A stretch of DNA of 52,650 nt, taken from Chloroflexota bacterium (GTDB lineage Bacteria; Chloroflexota; Limnocylindria; Limnocylindrales; CSP1-4). Under the pieces are notes generated by a model, which ran no database searches, had not been told where the DNA came from, and saw only the letters and a list, made by a program, of their open reading frames with translations. The position numbers and the translations under genes were made by a program. The stretch is from positions 4,147 through 56,796 of the forward strand of contig VBGT01000078.1 in NCBI GenBank assembly GCA_005889475.1, given 5' to 3'. Below, in pieces: positions 27,559 through 35,711 of the stretch. The stretch's first letter is position 1; each line of letters begins with the position of its first letter.

Positions 27559-28228
27559 CGCGAATGGTCTGGACGAACACGGGTTGTGCGGGGTCATCCT
27601 CGAGCTTGTCGCGCAGGTGGCTCACGTGGACGTTGATCGTCTTCTCGTCCTGGTCGAGCGCTTCGTAGTCGCGCAGCAGGTCGAGCAGCTCGGCGCGCGT
27701 GTACACCCGGCCGGGCTTGCTGGCGAGGTGGCGCAGGATCTCGAACTCGGTCGGGGTCAGCGAGATCCGTCGGTCGCCGCGCTGCACCCGCCGCCGATCG
27801 AGGTCGATGAGCAGGTCGCGATGGCGGATCACTCGGCCCCCGACGGCGTCGGCGAGATCACCGTACGCTCGCCGGAGCAGCGCCTTGATGCGGCTCATGA
27901 GCTCGCGCAGCCCGAACGGCTTGGTCAGGTAGTCGTCCGCGCCGAGCTCGAGGCCGATCACCTTGTCGACCTCTTCGTCGCGGGCGGTGAGCATGAGGAC
28001 CGGCGACTTCGTGCCGGCCGCGCGCAGCCGCCGGAGCACCTCGAAGCCGTCCATGCCCGGCAGGCGGACGTCGAGCAGGACGAGGTCCGGCGCGGTCTTC
28101 GTCGCGAGATCGAGACCATCCTCGCCGGACCGGGCAAGGGTCACCTCGTAGCCCTCCTGCTGGAGGGCGTACTGGATTCCGCGAGCGACCGCGTGCTCGT
28201 CCTCGACGATCAGGATCGTAGCGGCCAT
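27530..28228 (-). CDS. OmpR/PhoB-family response regulator
   Basis: ILIVEDE, LDVRLP, GADDYLTKPF, winged helix TIRGVGY. Confidence 0.95.
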   Translation of the reverse strand: MAATILIVEDEHAVARGIQYALQQEGYEVTLARSGEDGLDLATKTAPDLVLLDVRLPGMDGFEVLRRLRAAGTKSPVLMLTARDEEVDKVIGLELGADDYLTKPFGLRELMSRIKALLRRAYGDLADAVGGRVIRHRDLLIDLDRRRVQRGDRRISLTPTEFEILRHLASKPGRVYTRAELLDLLRDYEALDQDEKTINVHVSHLRDKLEDDPAQPVFVQTIRGVGYAFAER

Positions 28229-28284
28229 AGGGCGCTCATGGTAGGGTTACGCGCCCGATCGATCCTTCCGGAGGCCTGTTCCGC

Positions 28285-28977
28285 ATGTCCGCCGCTCCCG
28301 CTCGACCGAAGCTCGCCGCCGCGCGACGTGCGATCACCGGCAAGAAGGTCGCCTACCTGCGCCGTGACGGCCGGCTGCCGGCTGTCGTCTTCGGCCGCGG
28401 CCTGAGCTCGGACAGCGTCTCGCTCGACACGCATGAGTTCGAGTCCCTGCGGCGGCAAGCCGGGCCGAACACGCTGATCGACCTCTCGGTCGACGGCGGC
28501 ACCTCCGCGCCCGTGCTGGTCCATGGCGTCCAGGTCCATCGGGTGACTCGCAAGCCCCTTCACGTGGACCTGTACGTCGTGCGCATGACCGAGGAGCTGA
28601 CGGTCGACGTCGCCCTCGTCTCCGAGGGCGTGTCCGAAGCAGTCGAGAACGGCGGGGGCACGCTGCTTCACGTCATCGACCACGTTCGCGTCCGGGCGCT
28701 GCCCGATCACCTGCCGGAGGCGATCCACTACTCCATCGAATCGCTCGAGACATTCGACGACGCGATCCACGTGAGCGACCTCGTGATCCCGTCCGACGCG
28801 ACGTTGCTGACCGACCCATCCGAGGTCGTCGCCAAGGTGCTCCCGCCGCGCGTCGAGGAGGAGCCGGAGGTCGCCGAGGCCGTCGAGGGCGAGGAAGGTG
28901 CCGAGGGCGAGGAAGGTGCCGAGGCCGCCGAGGGCGAGACGCCCGCAGCCGAGTCCGACACCGACGACGAGGGCTGA
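28285..28977 (+). CDS. rplY: 50S ribosomal protein L25 (Ctc/TL5 long form)
   Basis: LRRDGRLPAVVFG, PLHVD, VRALPDHLPE; acidic tail. Confidence 0.93.
   Translation: MSAAPARPKLAAARRAITGKKVAYLRRDGRLPAVVFGRGLSSDSVSLDTHEFESLRRQAGPNTLIDLSVDGGTSAPVLVHGVQVHRVTRKPLHVDLYVVRMTEELTVDVALVSEGVSEAVENGGGTLLHVIDHVRVRALPDHLPEAIHYSIESLETFDDAIHVSDLVIPSDATLLTDPSEVVAKVLPPRVEEEPEVAEAVEGEEGAEGEEGAEAAEGETPAAESDTDDEG
28885..28920 (+). repeat. 18-bp tandem repeat in the L25 acidic tail
   Basis: GAGGGCGAGGAAGGTGCC x2 (EGEEGA). Confidence 0.85.
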
Positions 28978-28980
28978 GCC

Positions 28981-29844
28981 TCAGCTCGAGGCGTGGCCCA
29001 GCGCATAGATCACCGGCAGGCGCAGCGTCAGCTGGTCCGGCGGCAGCCGCGCCAATCCGTCGAGGATCTCGCTCTCGATGTCACGCCGCTCGTCCGGCTC
29101 GAGCTCGGCGAAGAGCGACTCCTCGTCGAACTGGGTGAGGAAGGCGAGGTAGCCCGCCGCATCCCAGGTGTGCGCGACCTCTGCCGTATACGCCGTCACG
29201 TCGTGAAAGCCGGCGCGGCGCATCGACTGGGCCGCTGAGGCCGGCGAGGCCACGTCCCCGGGCCGTGCGTCCGGCTCGGGTGGGTCGAAGCCGGCCGCGT
29301 CGAGCACCTCGTTGGCGATCCGGTCCGGCGCGTACGCCCGCTCGGTTCGCTGCCAGGTGACCCACGCGAACATGCCATCGGGCCGGAGGACGCGGTTGAT
29401 CTCGCGGAGGGCCGCCAGTCGACTGGGCACGAGCTGGAGCACGAACGAGGACACGGCCAGGTCATACGAGCCGTCATCGAAGGGCATGCGGTCGGCGGGC
29501 GCGACCTCCGTCGCGTAGCGGCCGGCGAGACCGGCCAGGCGCTCCGTCGCGTGGTCGCGCGCCACCGCGAGCATCCCCCCCGAGGGGTCGATGCCGGTGA
29601 CCCGCAGGGCCGGCCAGCGCTCGAGCGCGGCGATCGCCAGCGTCCCGGTGCCGCTCCCGACGTCGAGCACGTGCGGCGTGCGGGTGCGTGCCAGCGCGGC
29701 CTCGATCGCCGGCGCCGCGAGATCGAGGACCCGCTCAGCCCCCGGCCGGATCACCGGGCCCCACCAGCGGGCGTAGCCCTCGGCCATGCGGTCGTACCGG
29801 CTCTCGCCCTCGTCCTCCGGCTCGGTCGCGTCCTGCAGGCTCAC
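28981..29844 (-). CDS. Class I SAM-dependent methyltransferase
   Basis: VLDVGSGTG, GIDPS, YDLAVS, RVLRPDG. Confidence 0.9.
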   Translation of the reverse strand: MSLQDATEPEDEGESRYDRMAEGYARWWGPVIRPGAERVLDLAAPAIEAALARTRTPHVLDVGSGTGTLAIAALERWPALRVTGIDPSGGMLAVARDHATERLAGLAGRYATEVAPADRMPFDDGSYDLAVSSFVLQLVPSRLAALREINRVLRPDGMFAWVTWQRTERAYAPDRIANEVLDAAGFDPPEPDARPGDVASPASAAQSMRRAGFHDVTAYTAEVAHTWDAAGYLAFLTQFDEESLFAELEPDERRDIESEILDGLARLPPDQLTLRLPVIYALGHASS

Positions 29845-30705
29845 GCGACGATGCTAGGGCCCGGGGCGGCGTCGAATGCCTCGAGCAGCGACCAGAACGC
29901 GACCTGCGCCGGTGACCGCCCGTCGCCGTCGAGGCGACGCAGGGCCGCGATGCGGCGTTCGATCCGCGGCGTCCCGATCAGCACGACCCGGCGCAGCGAC
30001 CCGCTGCGGAGCTCGCCTGCCACAGCCGTCATCGGCAGCAGCGCGACCCCGAGCCCGGCGAGGACCATCTGCTTCGCCGCATCGATGTGATCCAGCTCGA
30101 GCACACCGCGCGGCGGCGGACCCGCGGTGCGGAACAGCGCATTCGTCAGGTCGTAGTACGACGACGTCCGATCGAACAGGATCAGGCGGGCGTCGCGCAC
30201 CCGATCGATGTTGATCCGGCGGTGCCGTGCAAGCGGATGTCCCGGCTCGACCACCAGGACCAGCTCGTCCTCGTACAGGTCCATGGTCTCGAGGGCCGGG
30301 TGATGGAGCTCGCGCGCGAGCCCAACCTGGACGTCGCCCCGCACGACCATGTCGAGGATCTGCTCGGAATGGCCGGTACGGACGCTCAACCGCACCGCCG
30401 GGTGCTCTGCCTCGAAGCGCACGAGCAGCTGCGGGAGCACGTAGGTCGAGATCGCCGGCGCCGCACCGAGCACGAGCTCGTCGGCCAGGGGCAGGCGCTC
30501 GATGGCGCTCGACCCGTCCTGCAGCGCCCGCACGGCGCGATCGGCGTAGGGCAGGAAGGTCCGCCCCGCCTCGGTGAGGACCATGCCCCGGCGGCCGCGG
30601 CGGAAGAGCGGGCTGCCGACGGGTGATGAACAGCGCCTCCGCGGCGCGGCTCAGGTTCGCCCGCCGCGCAACCTCCAGGAAGCCCTCGACCTGTGCCAGC
30701 TGCAT
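29841..30705 (-). pseudogene. LysR-family regulator disrupted by an internal deletion/frameshift in the HTH
   Basis: MQLAQVEGFLEVARRANLSRAAEALFIT joins out of frame to VGSPLFRRGRRGMVLTEAG at about 30621; roughly 14 HTH residues are missing. Confidence 0.8.
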
Positions 30706-30763
30706 GTGCCCCGGTGAGCCCGTCCTTGCGTGCGCCTCGCCGAATGGCGATGTCGCGCTTGAT

Positions 30764-30780
30764 CATAAGCCACATTGATG
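30764..30780. promoter_or_regulatory. LysR-type T-N11-A box
   Basis: CATAAGCCACATTGATG in the AT-richer divergent intergenic region. Confidence 0.5.
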
Positions 30781-30849
30781 GCTCCAATCACGTAGTTCGA
30801 TTGGACGTGATGGCTGCGGCGATGGGAGGCTGGTGCCAGGAGGTGCGGC

Positions 30850-31071
30850 ATGACTGGTCAGCTCCCGACCCGAATCACGATCGAGCTCCATCCCGGCGAC
30901 GGCGCGGGCGGCTGGACCGCGCGAACCGCCGTCGTCGACAGCGGGCTGGCGACGCCGGCGCCGCATGCCGCCGAGCCCCGCGAGGAGGCGCCGGTCCCGG
31001 CCGCCTATGAGCCGGCGCCGTGCACCTGTCTCGAGGATGGCGGCTGCGACGCCGACCACGCGAACGACTGA
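30850..31071 (+). CDS. Small protein with a C-terminal CxC-x5-C-x3-H motif
   Basis: Strong SD AGGAGGT; TGATG overlap with the ICL start. Confidence 0.6.
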   Translation: MTGQLPTRITIELHPGDGAGGWTARTAVVDSGLATPAPHAAEPREEAPVPAAYEPAPCTCLEDGGCDADHAND

Positions 31072-32219
31072 TGGCCGCCGTCGCGGCGCCGACCGAGCTG
31101 GCCCCATCCCCGCTGCTGCCCGAGGGCTTCGGCGTGCCGCCGTCGCGCTGGATCCACCCGGCGACGCGCTTCCGCGAGCTGCTGCGCACCGAGCCGTACC
31201 TGTTCGGGCCAGGCGTCTACGACCCGATGGGCGCCCAGCTGGTCATGTACCACCGGTTCAAGGCTGTCTACTTCAGCGGCTATTCGTTCGCGATCGGTCA
31301 TCTCGGCACGACCGACATGGACCTGTACAGCGGTCCGGAGATTGCCGACGGCGCCCGGCGGGCCGTCAGCGCGCTGCGCAAGTTCCAGCTGACGATGGCC
31401 GTCGGCGACCCCGCGAAGGGCGTCGAGCCGCGGATCCTGGACATCCCGCCCGTGGTCGTCGACATGGACGCCGGATACGGCAACATCTTCAACGTCCAGC
31501 GCCAGACGGAGCTCCTCGTGACCGCCGGCGTCGCGGCGGCGCACCTCGAGGACCAGGTCCTGCCGAAGCGCTGCGGCCACATCGGCGGCAAGGCGCTCGT
31601 GCCGGCGACCGAGATGAACGGCAAGCTGCGCATGATGCGGGCCGTCGCCGATGACCTCGGGCGCGACGACTTCACGGTGATCGCGCGGACCGACGGTCTG
31701 TCGGCGATCGACGCCCCTGAGCCGGCACGCGGCCTCGAGCTGGCCATCGACCGCGCCTGCCGCTACCTCGAGACGGGCATCCCCGACCTGGTCTGGTGCG
31801 AGTTTCCGACCTCCGATCGCGGGCCGGTCGAGACGTTCGCGGATCAGGTGCGTCGCCGCTACCCCGAGGCGAGCTTCGCCTTCAACTGGTCGTCGTCGTT
31901 CAAGTGGTACCTGGATCCCGACCCGCTCACGTTCGCGGAGCTCGGCGACCTCGGCTTCAAGTTCATCTTCATCACCCTGGGCGGCCAGCACGCGGCCGGG
32001 CACGGCCTGTCGACGCTGCTCGCCGCGATGGCCGAGCGCCAGGAGCAGGGCTACATCGAGCTCCAGCGCCGCGAGTTCGAGCCCGGCGCGGACGTCCCCA
32101 CCCGCTCACACCACGAATTCAGTGGCGTGCCCTACCACCACCTCGTGGGCAAGGCCTACGACGCAGCCCGCCTCGGCCGCGAGTTCGTCGAAGCGCTGCC
32201 CGAGGAGAAGGTCGTCTAG
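31071..32219 (+). CDS. aceA: Isocitrate lyase (short, haloarchaeal-like type)
   Basis: DMDAGYG, HLEDQ..PKRCGH, ARTD, FNWSSSFKW, LGFKFIFITL, SHH. Confidence 0.8.
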   Translation: MAAVAAPTELAPSPLLPEGFGVPPSRWIHPATRFRELLRTEPYLFGPGVYDPMGAQLVMYHRFKAVYFSGYSFAIGHLGTTDMDLYSGPEIADGARRAVSALRKFQLTMAVGDPAKGVEPRILDIPPVVVDMDAGYGNIFNVQRQTELLVTAGVAAAHLEDQVLPKRCGHIGGKALVPATEMNGKLRMMRAVADDLGRDDFTVIARTDGLSAIDAPEPARGLELAIDRACRYLETGIPDLVWCEFPTSDRGPVETFADQVRRRYPEASFAFNWSSSFKWYLDPDPLTFAELGDLGFKFIFITLGGQHAAGHGLSTLLAAMAERQEQGYIELQRREFEPGADVPTRSHHEFSGVPYHHLVGKAYDAARLGREFVEALPEEKVV

Positions 32220-32335
32220 GGCGATGGGCCCGCGATCCCACGTGTACAGGGCACAAGGCCTGAGCGACGCCGGGCCCCGATCGTCTCGGGACCCGGCGCG
32301 CGAGGCGGCGCAGGCGGAGGGAGCGCCGAGCTGGC

Positions 32336-33112
32336 TCAATGGGTGACGCTGACCAGCGAGATGTTCTCGCGGCCGGCGCTGACGGCGAGCTCCCTGATGA
32401 GCCCGGTGCCCGGCGCGTAGAACTTGTGGTCGCTGCCCGACTCGATGCACGAGAACTCCTTGGTCTCGAGCACGTTGTCGTACGAGCCGGCCGGCACGGT
32501 GATGTGCTTGCCCCGGCTCAGGATGGTGGCCATGTCGACGGCGACACCGGGCGCGTACTCCTGGCGATACGTGTCGCCCGCCGAGGGTTGCGCCTCCATG
32601 AGGATGCCCGGCAGGTTGTCGCCCACGCCGGCCTCCCACGAGCCGAACTTCGTGATCACGGTGCCGTCCGGGGCGTATTCCGTCGTGTCCTCACCGAAGT
32701 ACCAGACATTCCCGGCATCGTCCTGGGCGTACCAATCGAAGGTGTCCTCGGCGAGGATCCCGTTCGAGTACGCGGTGTCGCGAACCACGCGTACCGGGAC
32801 GCCCATGATCGTCCGCGAAGTCGAGGTGACCGTCATCACGTCCCGAAGCGGGGCGCCGTCCTTCTCACCCTCGTAGGTGAACGTCGTCCCGGGCACGAGC
32901 GGGAAGAGCGGGTTGTCGATCGCGTTGGCGCGCCCGCGCGAGTCGGTGAAGTCCGCCGTCCGGATCGTCGGCGCGTACGGCGTGTTGCACGCGCCGCCGT
33001 TCACGGCCAGGACCCCGGCGGGCGCTGCGGCGGCACCGGCGATCAGGAACGCGGCGCCGATTGCGGCAATGGCGCGGCTGGCGTGACGCAGGGGATGGCT
33101 GGATTGGCTCAT
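32336..33112 (-). CDS. Secreted hypothetical protein
   Basis: Signal peptide; DWYAQD..GNVWYFGE and GSWEAG motifs; SD GGAGG. Confidence 0.75.
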   Translation of the reverse strand: MSQSSHPLRHASRAIAAIGAAFLIAGAAAAPAGVLAVNGGACNTPYAPTIRTADFTDSRGRANAIDNPLFPLVPGTTFTYEGEKDGAPLRDVMTVTSTSRTIMGVPVRVVRDTAYSNGILAEDTFDWYAQDDAGNVWYFGEDTTEYAPDGTVITKFGSWEAGVGDNLPGILMEAQPSAGDTYRQEYAPGVAVDMATILSRGKHITVPAGSYDNVLETKEFSCIESGSDHKFYAPGTGLIRELAVSAGRENISLVSVTH

Positions 33113-33160
33113 CGGTGGCCTCCGTATTGGCTTGGCTAGACCGATCCTGCTCGCCAGGCC

Positions 33161-33188
33161 CTGAGAGGAGGGTGAACCGAAGATGAGA
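33161..33188 (-). promoter_or_regulatory. Putative OmpR-family direct-repeat binding site
   Basis: Minus strand TCTCAT-N5-GTTCAC-N5-TCTCAG with 11-bp period. Confidence 0.55.
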
Positions 33189-33195
33189 GCGGCAT

Positions 33196-34551
33196 CTACG
33201 CCGGCAAGGTCATCTCCACGACGGCACCGCCGCCCCCCGGTCGGTTCGCGGCCTCCACGGCGCCGCCGTGCGCCCTCGCGACGGCGCGGACGATCGTGAG
33301 GCCGAGTCCGACGCCTCCGTCGGATCGTGTGCGGCCCGCGTCCGCGCGGGCGAACGGCTCGAAGGCCCGACCCAGGAAGTCATCCGGAAAGCCGGGGCCC
33401 GCATCGGCCACCGCCAGGTGGATCGACGCGGCATCGCGTGCGGCCCGCACCGTGACCGTCCCACCGCGACGGGTCTGCCGGAGTGCGTTGTCGACGAGGT
33501 TGTCGAGCGCCTGGCCGACCCGATCCGGATCGACCGAGGCGCGGAGGCCCGGTTCGACCTCCGATTCAAGGGCGACGCCCGCCCCCGACGCGCGGCCGGC
33601 GAACCGGCCGAGGGATTCCGCGACGAGCTGCTCGACGTTGACGTCTCGCGGATGGACCGGCAACGTGCCCCGATCCGCCCGCGCCAGGACGAGGAGGTCC
33701 GCCGCCAGCCGCGTCATCCGGTCGGTTTCCTCGAGTGCGCTGCGCAGCGCATCGATGAGCTCCGGCTCGGTTCGGGCCCGACGCAGCGCGAGGTCGAGCT
33801 CGGCCTTGAGATTCGCGAGCGGGGTGCGGAGCTCGTGGCTGGCGTCATCGACCAGGCGTCGCTCCCGTTCGACCGTGACCTGGAGGCGTTCGAGCATCCG
33901 ATTCAGGCTCTTGCCGAGTGCGGCGAGCTCATCGTGCGTCGCCGGAACAGGCAGGCGCCGGTCGAGGTCGGTCTCGGAGATCGCTTCGGCCTCGAGGCGC
34001 ATCCGGTCGACAGGCCGCATCGCCGCCGTCCCGACGAGCCAGCCCGTCGCGAGGGCGAGGAGCACCGCGACCGGCAGGGCGATGGCCAGCTCGACCCGAA
34101 GGGCATCGAGCGTCGCTCGCTCGTCGTCGAAGGCGACGCCGGTGATGATGACCCGCCCACCCGCTGCCGGCGTCGCGAGCAGCCGGATCGCCGCCGGACC
34201 CTCCTCGCTCGGGACGGCGCGCTCGAACGACAGTGGCGCTCCAAGGCCGGTGATCGAGCCGGCGTCGAGCAGGCCGGTCGCTGGAAACTCCGGGGTCGCC
34301 GCGACGATCGAGCCGTCGGGCGCCTGGATCGCGGCGAGGACGTCGCCGATGTCCGAGCTCGCGAGTGGCAGCGCGGACCCGCTCGGCGGGTTGTCGAGAA
34401 GGTCCTGAGCGCGTTCGGTCAGCCCGTCGGTGACGGAAGCGACGAGGTCGGCCTCGAGGCGCAGGTACACGAGCGCCCCGAGACCGCTCACGAGCGCCGC
34501 GACCAGGACGGCCGAGACGAGCGCGAGCCTAAGCCTGATGGGCAGCGTCAT
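33196..34551 (-). CDS. HAMP-domain sensor histidine kinase
   Basis: DASHELRTP, NLVDNA, DAGPG, GVGLGL; start MTLPIRLRL. Confidence 0.93.
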   Translation of the reverse strand: MTLPIRLRLALVSAVLVAALVSGLGALVYLRLEADLVASVTDGLTERAQDLLDNPPSGSALPLASSDIGDVLAAIQAPDGSIVAATPEFPATGLLDAGSITGLGAPLSFERAVPSEEGPAAIRLLATPAAGGRVIITGVAFDDERATLDALRVELAIALPVAVLLALATGWLVGTAAMRPVDRMRLEAEAISETDLDRRLPVPATHDELAALGKSLNRMLERLQVTVERERRLVDDASHELRTPLANLKAELDLALRRARTEPELIDALRSALEETDRMTRLAADLLVLARADRGTLPVHPRDVNVEQLVAESLGRFAGRASGAGVALESEVEPGLRASVDPDRVGQALDNLVDNALRQTRRGGTVTVRAARDAASIHLAVADAGPGFPDDFLGRAFEPFARADAGRTRSDGGVGLGLTIVRAVARAHGGAVEAANRPGGGGAVVEMTLPA

Positions 34552-35227
34552 CGCTGGGCTCCGGTCGGAGCCGGTACCCCGAGCCGCGCACGGTCTCGAT
34601 GGAGCTCCGGCCGAACGGCCGATCGATCTTCTCGCGGAGATACCGGATGTACACATCGACGACGTTCGAATCGCCGTCGTACGCGAAATCCCAGACGTGC
34701 TCGAGGATCCGGGAACGGGTGAGCACCTCGTCCGGGCGCTGCATGAGCAGCTCGAGCAGGGCGAACTCACGGGCCGTCAGCTCGACGCGCGTGCTCCCGC
34801 GGAGGACGGTTCGGGTGGCCGGATCGAGCGCCAGGTTCCCGACTCGGAGCACAGGCGGCCGCTCTGACGGGCCGCGACGCGCGAGCGCCCGCAGGCGCGC
34901 GAACAGCTCGCTGAACGCGAACGGCTTCGTGAGGTAGTCATCCGCGCCGGCGTCGAGGCCCGCCACCCGATCGGGCACGGCGTCCCGAGCAGTGAGCATG
35001 AGCACGGGCACCCGAAGGCCCCGTTCGCGGAGCTGCCGGCACACGTCGATCCCGGGGACATCCGGCAGCATGAGGTCGAGGAGTACGGCGTCGTAGGGGT
35101 TCTCCGCGGCGGCCCACAGGCCGTCCGTGCCGTTCGCGGCGACGTCGACCGCGTAACCCTCCTCGACGAGGCCACGCCGGAGCAGCCCCGCCATCTTCGG
35201 CTCGTCCTCGACGACCAGGATACGCAT
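34529..35227 (-). CDS. OmpR-family response regulator
   Basis: MRILVVEDE, GADDYLTKPF, NVVDVYIRYLREKID, TVRGSGY. Confidence 0.95.
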   Translation of the reverse strand: MRILVVEDEPKMAGLLRRGLVEEGYAVDVAANGTDGLWAAAENPYDAVLLDLMLPDVPGIDVCRQLRERGLRVPVLMLTARDAVPDRVAGLDAGADDYLTKPFAFSELFARLRALARRGPSERPPVLRVGNLALDPATRTVLRGSTRVELTAREFALLELLMQRPDEVLTRSRILEHVWDFAYDGDSNVVDVYIRYLREKIDRPFGRSSIETVRGSGYRLRPEPSDDAAHQA

Positions 35228-35254
35228 CGGTCACCCCTGCACGGGCGGAGCCTG

Positions 35255-35282
35255 ATGCGTCGATGATGAGACCAGGATGAGC
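35255..35282 (-). promoter_or_regulatory. Putative autoregulatory OmpR-family site
   Basis: Minus strand GCTCAT-N5-TCTCAT-N5-ACGCAT. Confidence 0.5.
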
Positions 35283-35303
35283 GGGCTGCGCGCTCAAGCG
35301 TGG

Positions 35304-35453
35304 TCAGGCGTGCCGGCGGGCCTTGGCCCCCTGTTTCCCGAGCGCCGTCCGGGTCGCCTTCGGCAGATGGGCGATGGTCCGCTGCTCTTTCGCGGCAGCG
35401 GTGGCCTTCTTGATGTTCTCGCGCGCCGCAGTGCGCTGCTTCTCGGTCGCCAT
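35304..35453 (-). CDS. Small basic protein, 49 aa (MATEKQRTAARENIKKA...)
   Basis: Lys/Ala-rich; begins 4 nt after the upstream peptide stop. Confidence 0.7.
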   Translation of the reverse strand: MATEKQRTAARENIKKATAAAKEQRTIAHLPKATRTALGKQGAKARRHA

Positions 35454-35457
35454 GGGA

Positions 35458-35601
35458 TCAGCTCTTCTTCTTCCCGCCGGGCTTGCTCGCCCACTTCTCG
35501 AGCTCACTCTCACTCATCCCGGTCCGCGTCTTCTTGCCTTCGCGCTTGCGCTCCAGCTCGGCGCCCATGAACCGTCGCTGCTTCTCGGTCTTGGCTGGCA
35601 T
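35458..35601 (-). CDS. Small basic protein, 47 aa, DUF3008-like
   Basis: Not in the ORF track: MPAKTEKQRRFMGAELERKREGKKTRTGMSESELEKWASKPGGKKKS; strong SD AAAGGAGGT. Confidence 0.75.
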   Translation of the reverse strand: MPAKTEKQRRFMGAELERKREGKKTRTGMSESELEKWASKPGGKKKS

Positions 35602-35711
35602 GGCCTGACCTCCTTTGCCGACACCCTGCCCCGAGGCGCCTCACGCCGGCATTGCGGAGCGGGTCGTGCACCTCGCCGTTGTCCAACACTCGGGTCGGCT
35701 ACCGTGGCGGC

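Noticed and set aside
30590-30630. Programmed frameshift rescuing the LysR gene (QPAL appears in the first frame)
   Set aside because: About 14 residues are absent in every frame and there is no slippery site
30850-31071. Small Cys ORF as a RiPP precursor
   Set aside because: No modifying enzyme, peptidase or exporter nearby
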